Shown piece after piece: positions 24,900 through 36,990 of a stretch of 64,000 nucleotides of DNA. A program made the position numbers and the translations under genes. The first letter of the stretch is position 1. The number at the start of each line of letters is the position of its first letter. The notes under the pieces are model-generated. The model searched no databases. It was not told the origin of the DNA and saw nothing but the letters and a program-made list of their open reading frames with translations. The stretch comes from Rhina ancylostomus (taxonomy: Eukaryota). The stretch spans positions 31,677,901 through 31,741,900 of the forward strand of contig JARFYF010000001.1 in assembly GCA_030265395.1 (NCBI GenBank), in the 5' to 3' direction.

Positions 24900-27300
24900 T
24901 ACTTTGGTTTGACGTGGAAGTCAAAAAGCAGAGGGGAAGATCTGGAAGAAAGCAAACTTCGTGGGGGAGGGGGAATAGGAATAAACACAAATAAAAGCAC
25001 ATACATGTGTGTGTGCTCCTCATTTCCTACATCGCACCTTAAATAACTCTTCGAATGTCAACACTATTTATTAAATTGTTGTATAACATTACGTATATAA
25101 TCGTCTCAAATAATAATTAAAATAAGTGATGTTATTTGTACGACACAGGCTGTGGAAATCCGACTGTAATTTGAGAAAGCCATGAGTTAAATACTCCATA
25201 AAGAATGAATTATTTACACTTAATATTTTAAGCCTGTGGAAAAAAAAACGTTCATTTAGCTCAGTGGGAGCAGGCTGAATGAAAATATTTCGTCGTATGA
25301 TAAATACGTAGACTATATTGGATACGTAGTTGGATACTTTGCAGGGCAAGAGAATGGGAAAGGGTCCGAAGGGGCAAGAGTACAAAGATTGAACGAACAG
25401 TTAGCTTTCTGATTCGAAGGTCCCTGTGCAGTGAAACGTTGCAACAATTGAGAGCATATTGCCAGGATTTGTCAACCTTTTGTCCAAATCCAAAGAAAGC
25501 AACAATAATAAACCATTCTGATATTTTAGTAAATAACGAACTAAAGTTAAATTTGAGCTACTTTGTTCAGTGACTTCCTTCGACATTCCGTTACTTCAGC
25601 TCTCCTTCGCGAGCGAGTACCATGGGTTCAGGACTGGTGACTTACACCGTGCAGAAAATGTCCTCAGAACTTATTTTTTCATCGTAAAATTATAAATTGA
25701 TTTTTCAAAAGATCTGTAGCTCTCTTGTTCTTTAAATCACAATTTGAATATTTTGTTTCCAGTAGTTTGCGTAACCAATTAAGGTCGGTGAATTTGAAAT
25801 TAGGCTTGGTTAAAGCAATATTTTGAAGTTTATGCCTTCCTATTGAGTTCCCCTGGGATCTCATAACATACTTCGAGTGACTGGGCGCTTGCCGGGAAGC
25901 AATTTACTCTGCGCTAACGCGTAATCAGTACTACTGATCGCACTACTTTTACTTAACTGTAAAAGTTAAAGTGTGTGCAAATTTTTGTTTCTATTAATCT
26001 GACATTAAAGACTATTCGTCAAAATGAGCAAATTTAAAACTGGCTCAATGTTCCCAGCCGCAGGCGGAACTTCAGCAAATGTGGTCACTGAAACGATTCT
26101 ATTAGAAACTAGGCAGTCGTTCCAAACGGAGACTTTTCCTTTGTTTTCCCTTCCTCTCTGAGATGCCGATTGAACTAAATAGAAGGCAGCCGTTGCGGGG
26201 ATCTATTACATGCAGAAGCTGTGTTGAGAATATTTGAGGCACTCGGTGAAAATTCTGGTCTCAGTGATCAGAATGCTGAAAATTTGATGTCTATGTCGGC
26301 AAACGCTATAATCCAGCATTCTGATTTNNNNNNNNNNCGTGTTTGCTAAAAATGCTGAGAGTTACACTTTATGAGTTAAGTAGTGGTTAAAGCTGGAAAA
26401 AGCTGCGCTTGCTCTGATTTACGATCCCTACCCTCTTAAATCCTGATAGTGTATTATTTCTTCACTTACCGGAAGCTAGAACCAAGACAGATGTTGGGGT
26501 TAAGACCCTCCAGCAGTCCATTCTCCTTCCAGGGATCCGAGCATGGAGAGTCCTACCGAAAAACAGCGACCGATCTATCTCCGCTTTTTAGTTCCATCAT
26601 GCAGTCTCGGTGTAAAGATCATTGCAGGCACGCGTGAGGGACTCATGCTGCCCGGGCTTGGGGTGCCTTGGAGGGACTTTACTGGAGGCGGGTCTGGTGC
26701 CAGCTGTTCTGAACTTGCCTTTAAACTCCAACTACAAGGCTCTTTGCGGGGCCGCCCAGAAGGAAGGTTTTCAAACGTCAACAAATCAAATTTCCACCAA
26801 AAAAAACCCAATGGCGACAAATCAGCACTCGTTTTTTAAAAATCAAACGGTGCAATTCATGGAACAAAACTTACTCCTGTCTATTTTTGGGAATAACCCT
26901 CAGTTGGCGAGTGTCTACGTCCCTCAGTTTGCAAAACGAAACACACGTGGGCTTCTAAATCTGGGGAAAAAAGTTTCTCTGTGATTCATGGAGAGAAAAC
27001 AGCAAAATATATGAATCCCATCATCTCTCCGGATAATAAACTTCATTGGGTAATTGAATTATCAGCATATATTTTAAATCTGATTAAGTGCAAGATTTTA
27101 TTGTATTCATTCTGAAGAAACTTATTTTTTTCTGTTAATTTATTGAAAACATATAAAAGTATTAGGAAACTTTTTATGCTAAGTCGCAATAAATGTCACA
27201 ATTCATAAACTTCTCTACATTGGAAAATGGAGATCAAACTTTCAAAACAAACCTATGAACTGAACTTAAATCAAATCGTGATTCAAAAGTTGTGAGGGAC
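24900..27300 (-). promoter_or_regulatory. CpG-retaining promoter/first-exon island of the TGFBR2-like gene
   Basis: CpG frequency is visibly higher than in the flanks. GC-box-like GGAGGCGGG (~26684) and GCGGGGCCGCCC (~26746), plus E-box CACGTG (~26944), lie upstream of exon 1. Confidence 0.65.
26470..26521 (-). CDS. tgfbr2l: TGF-beta receptor type-2-like, coding exon 1 (signal peptide)
   Basis: Reverse strand reads ggagaATGG (A at -3, G at +4) and encodes MDCWRVLTPTSVLVLAS plus 1 nt, followed by the donor G|gtaagt. There is an in-frame TAA upstream and the exon sits in a CpG-rich region. Its phase-1 end joins in frame to exon 605-758. The paralog symbol is an inference. Confidence 0.85.
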
Positions 27301-27624
27301 AAGTCATTGGACATAAAATTCAAGGTAAAAGGTCACATTTATTTTTAGTAGAACAGATTTGGTCTATCAGAAGCATAAATATTACAGATTTAATTGCAGA
27401 TTTGGACTTATTAGTCAAATAAATAACTTACTGAAATATAACTTATTTAAAAGTGTTATTATTCAAAACTTGTTGGAAATAGTGTCATCCCAAAAATGGT
27501 CAGTAGATTCACCATAAGAAATGGAAATAACATGCATCCATTGTGGGAAATTGCAAATGCATTAAACTTCTTTATTGAAATCAAATGTTTTGAGTGATTT
27601 GAAGGTCAATACATCTTATATCTG

Positions 27625-27810
27625 TGATAAAAAAACAAGCTGCTGGAAGAATTCAGTGGGTCAGGCAGCATCTGTTGAGCCCCAAATTGTCGACTATCCC
27701 TTTGCCTCCACAGATGCTGCTTGACCTACTGAGTTCCTCCAGCAGTTTGTTTTTTTTGCTCCAGATCTCAGCATCTGCAGTCTCTTATGTCTCCACTATA
27801 TCTGTGATAT
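27625..27810. mobile_element. Penelope-derived palindromic element
   Basis: Arms aaacaagctgctggaagaattcagtgggtcaggcagcatctgt / acagatgctgcttgacctactgagttcctccagcagtttgttt. Similar copies at ~28320-28435, 51940-52120 and 61650-61830. Confidence 0.7.
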
Positions 27811-28956
27811 TCTGAATGACAGGACAATTCATTGTCAGACAATTGATTATAACCTAGTGCATTGCAGCTGGTTCTATTGTATATTCCTATATTCATTATC
27901 ATTTTGTTGTTAATTTATGCTCTTGTTTAAAAATGAAAAGTATTACACTGATCGTGTCTTGTATATTGCTTCTCACTTCCTCAATCATGATTGACTACCA
28001 TGACTCCTCAATATTGTATTTTTGAAATTTCCCTGAATGTAAATATAGGGCTGGAGGTACTCCAACCTTGATGGCCATGTCTTTAACTTATTAGGCGCCA
28101 AATCACCCTGCTTCTCCATCTCTGTCTTCTCTGTCTCTATCCTTTAAACCCTTATTTTAAGCTCTCCTTTTTGACCAAGCTTTTGATCACTCTTCACAAG
28201 TTCTCCTTTCAGAGATATGTCCATTTATCTCATATCTCCTTTGAAATCTTTCTAGGTTAAAAGCGCTATATAAACAAGTTACAAAGTAAAATCACTATTG
28301 AAAGCACACACAAATCAGTGCAGGAAAATGCTGGAAATCTGAAATAAAAATAGAAAATGCTCAGAAGGTCAATAATTTGAAATGTTAACTCTGTTTCTCT
28401 GTAGATGCTCCTTGACCTGTTGAGTTTTTATTCTTTATAGATTAGTAGTGTTAAGGTTTTGTCAAATATTTAGATGTAGCATCATAACAGCATGATGGCC
28501 GTTTCTTTTAAGGCTTTCTGATAATGCGATGTTATCATAAGATGGAACAGAGCAAAACTGTCATGATTGTTTTCTCCACAATGACTAAATGCCTCAAGAG
28601 TGAAAACTGAGTAACTCTTTGATCATATAATTTAAAATGAATCTTCTATTGTATGCATTTTATTGATGCAATGTAGCATGTCACTGGATTATCACAGCAG
28701 GATCGTATTTTTCAAACTCAATAATTTTGATTGTGTTCTAGTGAATGTCTGAATGGAGAGAGCTGATCTCTTGCTTCCAGTAAGGCCCTTGTGTTATTAT
28801 TGCTCTTAAACTAAGCCCAAAGGAAACTGCTGATCTTCTAAGCATACACCATAACTGATGCTTTTACTGAAGTGCGAAGGGAATGGGCCATATACTCAAA
28901 ATCCACAAGACAAAAGTCCATCAACCAACCCCAACTGCATCATGCTGCCCTCTGAT

Positions 28957-29543
28957 GTCAGTGGTAGAGAAACTATTGGAGAAGGTTCCAAGGAATAGGA
29001 TTTAGTACATTTGGAAAGGCAGGGGCTGACCAGGGATAGTCAGCAGCATGGCTTTGTACGAGGAAATCCTGTATCACTAGTTTGATTGAGTTTTTGAGGA
29101 GGCAGAAGACTGATGAAGAAAGGGCAGTAGACTTTGTGTATATGAAGTTTATTAAAGCATTTGACAAGGTCCTGCATGGTAGGCTGGTCCAGAAGGTTAA
29201 AGTACATGGGATTCAAGGTAAACTGGCTAATGGGATCCAAAATTGGCTTATTGATAGGAGGCAAAGCATTATCATTGGAAGGTTGCTTTTCTGATTGGAA
29301 GTATGTGACCAGTGATATATCCCAGGGATCAGTGCTGGGACCCTTGTTGTTTTTGATATACATTAATGACTTGAATGTAAATGTAGGAGAAATGATTAGT
29401 AAATTTGCAAATGATGTGAAAATTGTCCAAGTTGTAGATAGCAAGGATGGTTGCCTAAGGCTACAGGAGGATATAGATCAGATGGAAAGTTAGGCAGAAC
29501 CTTGGCAGATGGAATTTAATTCCAGCAAGTGTGAGGTGATGCA
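28957..29543 (+). mobile_element. Internal CR1 reverse-transcriptase fragment
   Basis: VDFVYMKFIKAFDKVLHGRL; SQGSVLGPLLFLIYINDL..ISKFANDVK; frameshifted. Confidence 0.9.
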
Positions 29544-30252
29544 CTGCCCTCTGATCCTTGTGACCCCTGCCCTCTGATTCTGAGACATGGATACCCACAG
29601 TGGGTTTCTCAAGGCACTGAAAAAATACGAATCTCTGCAAAATCCTCCAAATTCAATGCAAGAACAAGTGAACGGATGTTAGCATCCTTTCTTTCTCTAA
29701 CATCCACAGTACTAAGTCCCTAGTTACACTCATTTGGCTACATTGGGCATATCATATCATTTGCATGCCTGGCATCAGACTGCCAAAACAAATAGTCTAT
29801 TCTGGTCTCTGCCATAGAAAGTTTACCAGGGAAACAGAAGAAAATTTCAAGGATGTGTTCAGGGCTTCCCTGAAGAAATACAACATCCCCACTAGCCCAT
29901 CAAAGTGGAGGAGGAATATTTGGGATGGTATTGAGAAATTTGAGGCAAATGGAAGCCTGCATAACTTTCTAATTGAGGCATATGGAAGCCTGCATAACTT
30001 TCTAATCACCCACTATTTAAAATGGAAAGTTCATTTTAAAGAGTGTGCAATCAGAGAGTTCCTCAGGTTCCCCTGGATGCACTTAGTAGTTGTGGAGAAA
30101 GTAATCATGAGGATTTATGAATTTTTTTCTGTTCTGTCTTATGATAATATTTATGATAATATAAGCAAGCCTTGATGCTATAATGATGTCACATCTAAAC
30201 GTTTGAGAAATCCAGAATGCTACAAATCTTTAGATAATAAAAATTCAACAGG

Positions 30253-30658
30253 TGTTATGGTTCTGGGTTCTGGCCCTCAATTTGGCTCCTTTAATGCCTG
30301 TTGTCCAGCACATGGATTCCATGCTGGACTTATTACATAACGACATTCACCTGAGCCCCATTAGGGGCCTAGCATAAGTACCTGTGTTTCTCTAGCACTA
30401 GTTGGCAGAGTATTGGTCAACCTTTGGGTATACTTTGGCTCCTAGTTGTTTAGCGTGGTCTACTCTAGAGCAGTCCTGTGTTCTCTATTCCTTTTTGAAG
30501 ATCCAGTTCGTGTTGGGATTCCTCTTCAGATCTCTGAGGCAAGATTCCTTCCAGTTGCTGCCTGTGTTTGTCCTGAGGAAGTATCCTGACTCCAGTCTTG
30601 TATCAGTGTGCCACATTTGGGTTCTCTGTGAGCTTGCCCCTTGCTCAAAATTGTGACA
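30253..30658. mobile_element. Solo LTR (406 bp) with 5-bp target-site duplication
   Basis: Termini TGTTAT...GTGACA flanked on both sides by ACAGG (30248-30252 and 30659-30663). Second copy at 42148-42555. Confidence 0.8.
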
Positions 30659-32859
30659 ACAGGTCAAGCAGTATCTGCAGAGAAACAGTTAATGTTTCAA
30701 ATTATTGGTCTTCTGGACATTATGCTCTGATGAAACCCAATGTATTATACAGACTGATAGACAGAGAATGAGGATGGGCTCACTTCATAAACTACCCATA
30801 CTCCACATCAGCCATCGTCTGGCCCATCTGAGGTTTCCACATTGGTCTTATTAACCACTTAAAAATCCACAAATCCAGAGTGGAAGTAAATCATCCTTAA
30901 TCCTGAGGGACTACCTAAGAAGAGAAAGGAAACTATGTGTTCTTCTTTCTTCTCTCTCTTAAGAGGGCAGCTGATGCAAGGAAGTCAAACTCTGGACAAT
31001 TATTTAAATGCAACAATCCATTTAATGGACTATTAAATTAGTTTCCTATATGATTCTTAACTTAGGGACAAGTGCATGCAACACAGCCTTTGTAGTATTT
31101 CATTAACTAAACGTAGATCTAACTGTATTAAAAAAGATGAATGGTGTTTGATCATAAAATAGGGCTATCTTCATATGTAATTTAAACTGGCTACCTAAAG
31201 CTCCTTTAATGCATTGCCCTTGGCTAGATAATTGAAGGGTAATTTTTCTTTTTAGGAGTTAATAATGAATTGATAAGAACAGGGTACATTATTTCTCTGA
31301 TCCTCCCACTCTTCATCTGCCCCCATTGCCCCTTCCCCCACCCCATCCACATGAAGTTAGCTGTTAGATGTCTTACAAGCTAATTTATTGTCACTGGTAA
31401 AAAAAGACAAAAATGAAATCCAACCTTCTCATGTTTCTATTGAGGACCTGTGTACTCAGTGAGTTATTACGCTCTGATGAAATATACATAGCATGAGGGA
31501 TGAGGAGCTCAAACAGGTTGTGCAAAATATATTCAAGGATACTTCACAGTCTGCACACAGTAATACACGCTTGTCTAAATATGTAATGAATGACATCAGA
31601 TATTTACACATACTACACTGCTGACTTGAAAACATTAATTAATTTAACAAATTCAAAATTTTACAAATCTGAGTGATGGGTTTTTGCATTCTCCGTGATC
31701 TTCACAGTAACACGTGTTATTTATGTTGAACTCACAGATTCACAAGATGTTGTTGGAGTACTATCTATTTCTGGTCAATGATATTGTCTTATCATAACTT
31801 CCATCAGAAATATTACATGTTAGCAATTCTTGAACAATTGTGGGATTCAATTCAGAGATATCTTAGATCTCACAATCTTCTTCAGTATTTTTCAGATCTT
31901 GTACACCATAACCAATCCTTATGAGATATTTCCCAGAGATATTAATCCTGATATCCTACCTTTCTTGTCTTTGATTTGCCAGGAGACCTCAGTACACAAC
32001 TGTTTCAGGGATACTGAACCCCTACTGTGGCTTGTTTTATCATGCTTATTCTTTATCAATTGCTTTTTTTTCTCTTTTGTTTTCCTCCTATTTGTGCTGA
32101 ATCTTTTGTGAATCAACATTTCTGCAGGAGTGTATCCTATGGTGAAGTGTGTTGTTGCTTAATAGTTTAAAGTAAAGGCTGAAAATTGATGTTTCATGGT
32201 GCTATCTGATCATCCTTCTATGATCTGTTTCTTCAATGTCTCTTTTACTTCCCCATTTGAAGCTGGGTGATAAAGAGAAATTTCTTTTATTGTCTGTAAC
32301 TTATTTTCATTTATGCACAGACCTAACTACGTCACTTTGTTCTGCATTTGGACACATTCGCTTTGTTTTAAGATTGACATTATGTTGATAAAGACCTCTG
32401 AACACTTCCTCAACATTCTGCAGGTTTTCCTTCACCATCAAAGTTGCAGTTAGGATGTCACAAACAGTGCCAGAACCCTGGAGCATATTACCCAGTTACC
32501 TCAAATATTTGTGGTGATGATTCTACCCCTTATGGTAGCTTTGTATATAAGTACAATCCTTTAAGAGTGTTAGTTTTCTTGTCTTCAGTAAGCTAGTGAA
32601 ATTTGAAAACACGCTTCATTTTATTCATTACGGAAGCCACTTTTCTTTCCCTTTCCCTTCCATTGGCTTTGGAGACATAGAGAGATACAGCATAAAAACA
32701 GACCCTTTGGCTCACTGAATTTAGTGCTGCCCATAAATCATTCAGTTACACGAAACCAAGTTACTGGACTCACCTTTTTATTTGCAACAATTTTTGCAGG
32801 TGCTCTCTTTTTTTCCCTTCCATTACATTCAAGTCTGCATCTCAGACTTATCGGGAATG

Positions 32860-33795
32860 CTTATTGGGAGACCACAGTTAGTATGGATCAGTAGTAACGT
32901 CTCCTCCTCACTGACAATCAACACAGGCGCACCTCGAGGATGTGTGCTTAGTCCACTGCTCTACTCTCTCTACACTCATGACTGTGGCTAAGCACAGCTC
33001 AGACACCATCTATAAATTCACTAATGACACTACTGTTGTTGGCAGAATGTTAGATGGTGATGAGGAAGCGTACAGGAATGAGATAGATCGGCTGGTTAAG
33101 TAGTGTCGCAACAACAACCTTGCACTCAACATCAGTAAGACCAAGAAATTGATTGTGGACTTCAGGAAGGGGAAGTCAGGAGAATTCACACCAGTCCTCT
33201 TTGAGAGGTCAGTGGTAGAAAGGATAAGCAGCTTCAGGTTCCTGGGTGTCAACATCTCAGAGGATCTATCTTGGGCCCAACATGAAGAAGGCNNNNNNNN
33301 NNNNNNNNNNNNNNNNNNNNNNNNNNNNNNNNNNNNNNNNNNNAAAGACTCTGGCAAATTTCTATAGATGTACAATGGAGAGCATTCTGACTGGTTGCAT
33401 CACCGCCTGGTATGGAGGCTCCAATGTGCAGGATCAAAAGGGGATGCAGAGGGTTGAAGCCTCAGCCAGCTCCATCATGGGCACAACCCTCCCCGCCATT
33501 GAGGATATTTTCAAGAGGCAGCACCTCAAGAAGGTGGCATCCATCATTAAGGACCCTCACCATCCAGGACATGCCCTCTTCCCGTTACTACAATCTGGGA
33601 GGAGATACAGGACCCTGAAGAACAGCTTCTTCCCCTCTGCCATCAGATTTCTGAATGGTCTTGAACCCTACCTTGTTATTCTTCTTTTGCACTATTTATT
33701 TTTGTAACCTATAGTAATCTCTATATCTGTACTGCTGCCAGAAACAACAAATTTCACAACATACGTCAGTGATAATAAAGCTGATTCTGATTCTG
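32860..33795 (+). mobile_element. Rex1/Babar LINE, 3' fragment
   Basis: TINTGAPRGCVLSPLLYSLYTHDC; IVDFRK; ESILTGCITAWYG; DPHHPGHALF; tail aataaagctgattctgattctg. Confidence 0.9.
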
Positions 33796-34569
33796 ACTTG
33801 TGGCCTTGCCGTGACCAACCCTGAGATTCGCAGACTCATCCAACTAAGTAGTCATGCAGTCATTTGAGGTTCGCAATGACTTTGATACTTTTGAGGGGTG
33901 TGATTCTTCACCATCTCATCTTCACTGCCAGTGTACTATGTACTTTCTTAACCAATGACAAAGTAATAAAATCCATTATGATACATGTGAGACAGGAAGA
34001 ACTCAAACAAAGTGTGTGTTGGTTATTCAAGGTTCTTTACAAATTGCCCATGCACATTTTAATACATGTGAAATACATCGTACACATTTACATAAACTAC
34101 GCCTATAGACCTTAAAATGCTTAAGGAACACTTTAAAATCACACTGCAACTCACTCTAGAAAGCAATGATGACCATCTTATTCATAGGTCCAAGCTGCCA
34201 ACTTACAAATGCATGAGTGCTTAATAAAAATGTATTTTCAGTATTGGTAGATAATTCTTATAGTTGCTTTATTTTGAAATGTAGCAGAACTTATACTAGC
34301 TCAGTTGATCCATGGTACCCTTGTATGATTTGTCATTTTAATGTGAGTGTCATAGACTGTGTACAGATTTACACTGCAACTACCAACCTGGGACAGACAG
34401 CATACAGTGCAGATTTAAGGAAAATGGAACTGCTTTTACTTCAGCTGGCTCCCACTTGGCTGGGTCTATATAAATCTTTCCCAAAGGGGAGCAATGCACA
34501 TGGCTGTTTGCAGCCATGGGGGAAACCTCTCTCAACAGTTGAAGAATATAATGAACTTTCTGTAATATG

Positions 34570-34890
34570 ATGCCCCAGAGGATTCTTCAGCCAACTTTCA
34601 AAGTTTAGTTATTGTTGCAAGGTAGGGGAAACCTGGAGATAATTTGCACACTGCATGGTCCTATAAACAGTGCCGCTCAATTTGTATTATGGATGCTGGT
34701 CGATGAATAAATATCAGTGAGAAAGAGATATTCTTCTTCAGATGGTTTCCCATGAATTTTTACATTTACCTACTAGAGTGAACTGGCTGTTATTTATTGT
34801 CTCCTCTGGAAGATGCTACCATTATACTGTTGCACTTTGCCAGCATTATACTGATGTGTAAGCCTGGATTATGAGCTCAATTTGGTCCAT
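34570..34890 (-). mobile_element. Ancient DeuSINE-like element
   Basis: Decayed match to the reverse Deu-domain pattern (aatttgcacactgca..cccatgaatttttacatttacc..gtctcctctggaagatgctacc). Confidence 0.5.
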
Positions 34891-35789
34891 TGTGGTTTTA
34901 GCTTTTAAAACTGGCTGATGAAACACAAAAAAAAATTAAAAGAAGAAACAAAGGGGTGGAAAATCTGAGTAAATCAGCAAGAAAATTAATAAAAGATTTT
35001 AAGAGTTTCCACAAGCATGTAAAAAGAGATGAGCAAAAGTAATTATGGATTCCTTTGAGAGAGAGATGTGGACTATTACAACAAAGACTTGAAAAATGTT
35101 TGAAATGGAAAACAATGATTTTAAAATTGTCTTCACAATAGAATTCACAGACAATATAGAGGAAATCCCAGAGAATCAAGAGTATAATTAAAAACACTTT
35201 TTCTTGAAAGCAGCTGGCACAACATAGATAAATTGAGTTTGAAGTTCATCAGTTACTGTTTGGCCTTTTTCTGAGAGGGAGTTTACCTTAAAGATAATTT
35301 ATGTTCAACTGAATTTATGTTGAGAGAAGAATGTAAAGGTGTGATCCATTGCTTGATCCAGATTACTGCATTTGCCAGCAGAACGGGCTTGATTTGCTAC
35401 TTTTGCATTAAGTGTTCAGATTAACTATGTCCTGTTCAGATGCTGTTTAGGACCATCCATGACCATCAAAACTGGTGAAATGCCAAGGAGGCTTGTCATG
35501 GTATTATTCAATGTTTTTGGTCTAGGCTTAATTCCATTTATATCAATGTGGATAAAATGAAGTGAAGGTAGGAGGACCATAAAGGTTGTGAGGTTGGATT
35601 CAGAGAGCTCCGATAGATTGGTAAATGCAGCTTACTAACACTTCACACAGCTTCTGTGTCACAGCATCTCAGTGAATGAGAGTAGGGTATTATCAATTGC
35701 ACCATGACCCAGAAAGGACCTTAAAGTAGTCAACTTGATGAAAAGAAAATACTGGGGAAATCAAAGAGACTAAAAACTGACAGATCATT

Positions 35790-36070
35790 TCCTTCATCAC
35801 AGTGGACTGCCTGCATTAGGTTTCATCTACAAATGCACTGTGGCACATCACCAAGGCTTCACCTGAAAATGCACCCCCATTTTACATAACATACTGCTGC
35901 TGCTTCATCATTGCATCAAGGTTCTGGAATGCCCTCCTTAATCACACTGCGGAAATACCATTACTAAAAGGATTGCAGCAGTTCAAAAAGCCAGCACACC
36001 ACCATCTTCTTTGAGGCATTTAGGGATGGGCATTAAATGTTGGACTTGCCAGGAATGATCATAATTCCAG
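35790..36070 (+). mobile_element. L2 LINE 3' end
   Basis: gattgcagcagttcaaaaagccagcacaccaccatcttct..tagggatgggcattaaatg. Confidence 0.6.
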
Positions 36071-36744
36071 GTATTAATTTAAAGACAAAGGATTGCTGAA
36101 AGTTTTTGGAAAAACTGTCTTCCATGTGTTGGAACTTTGAATCTTCAGCTCCCTGCAATTGGTTTATAGGACTTAAATTATTCAGTAATCTATTTCATCA
36201 TGATTGGAGATTTCATATCAACACATGTAACTAATATTTCATTATGTTCAGTGGAGGTATCTCACTAAATATCTCATTAAATATGTATGCATACAGATTA
36301 AAATATTGTGTAATGATGGTAATTTTATATCAATGTGGATAAAATGCAATGTCTAGTGATTACAATAAGTTACTGTTGACAGTTAAACACAATGCCATAC
36401 ATTCTCCTGTTAAAATCTGGTGGTTGTGCAGGTGTGAGCAAAGGGACAAAGGGTCTTCTCACTGAATCCCTTATGTGCATTACATTTCTATGCTGATTTA
36501 CTGCAGCTTGTGTTAGAGTATTCTCATGAATGCACCCAACATACCTGTAAATGCCTTCAGATATGTCTTCAGATTTTTCAGTCCCCAGGCAGAAGTTCCA
36601 TCCAATGCTACATTCTGTCTAGCATTGTATTTGTTAATTCAAACTGAAAATTTAAGATTAACTTATATGCTAAAACACCCGAATGGACAAACTCCCATAA
36701 TATCTTCCATTCTCCCGTCTTCTCCATCTACATCATATCAGTCT

Positions 36745-36990
36745 GGTAAATTGGTTTATTAATGTCATGTGTACCAAGGTACAGTGAAAAACTTGTCTTG
36801 CATACTGATCACACAGGCCAATTCATTGCAACAGTGCATTGAGGTAGTATAAGTTAAAACAATAAAGTGTTCCAGTTACAGAGAAAGTGCAGTGCAGATA
36901 GACAACAAGGTGCAAGGTCATAACGAGGTAGATTGTGAGATCAAGAGTCCATCTTATTGTACCGGGGAACCGTTCAATAGTCTGATAACA
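36745..36990 (-). mobile_element. Rex1-like LINE 3' UTR
   Basis: Reverse tail tttttcactgtaccttggtacacatgacattaataaaccaat. Related + strand piece at 38150-38282 (PSRRYKSLKAHTTRLKDSFYP). Confidence 0.65.

Larger units (their letters stand above)
28860..30930 (+). mobile_element. Fragmented RTE LINE hosting nested insertions
   Basis: RTE motifs at 28880-28950, at 29560-29950 (MPGIRLPKQIVYS..FKDVFRASLKKYNIP), and a 3' end gagtggaagtaaatcatccttaatcctgagggactacctaagaagag at ~30880-30925. Confidence 0.65.

Noticed and set aside
26449-26984. Overlapping 62-120 aa ORFs in the CpG island
   Set aside because: No recognisable protein. These are expected chance ORFs in GC-rich DNA; the supported coding exon is 26521-26470 on the - strand.
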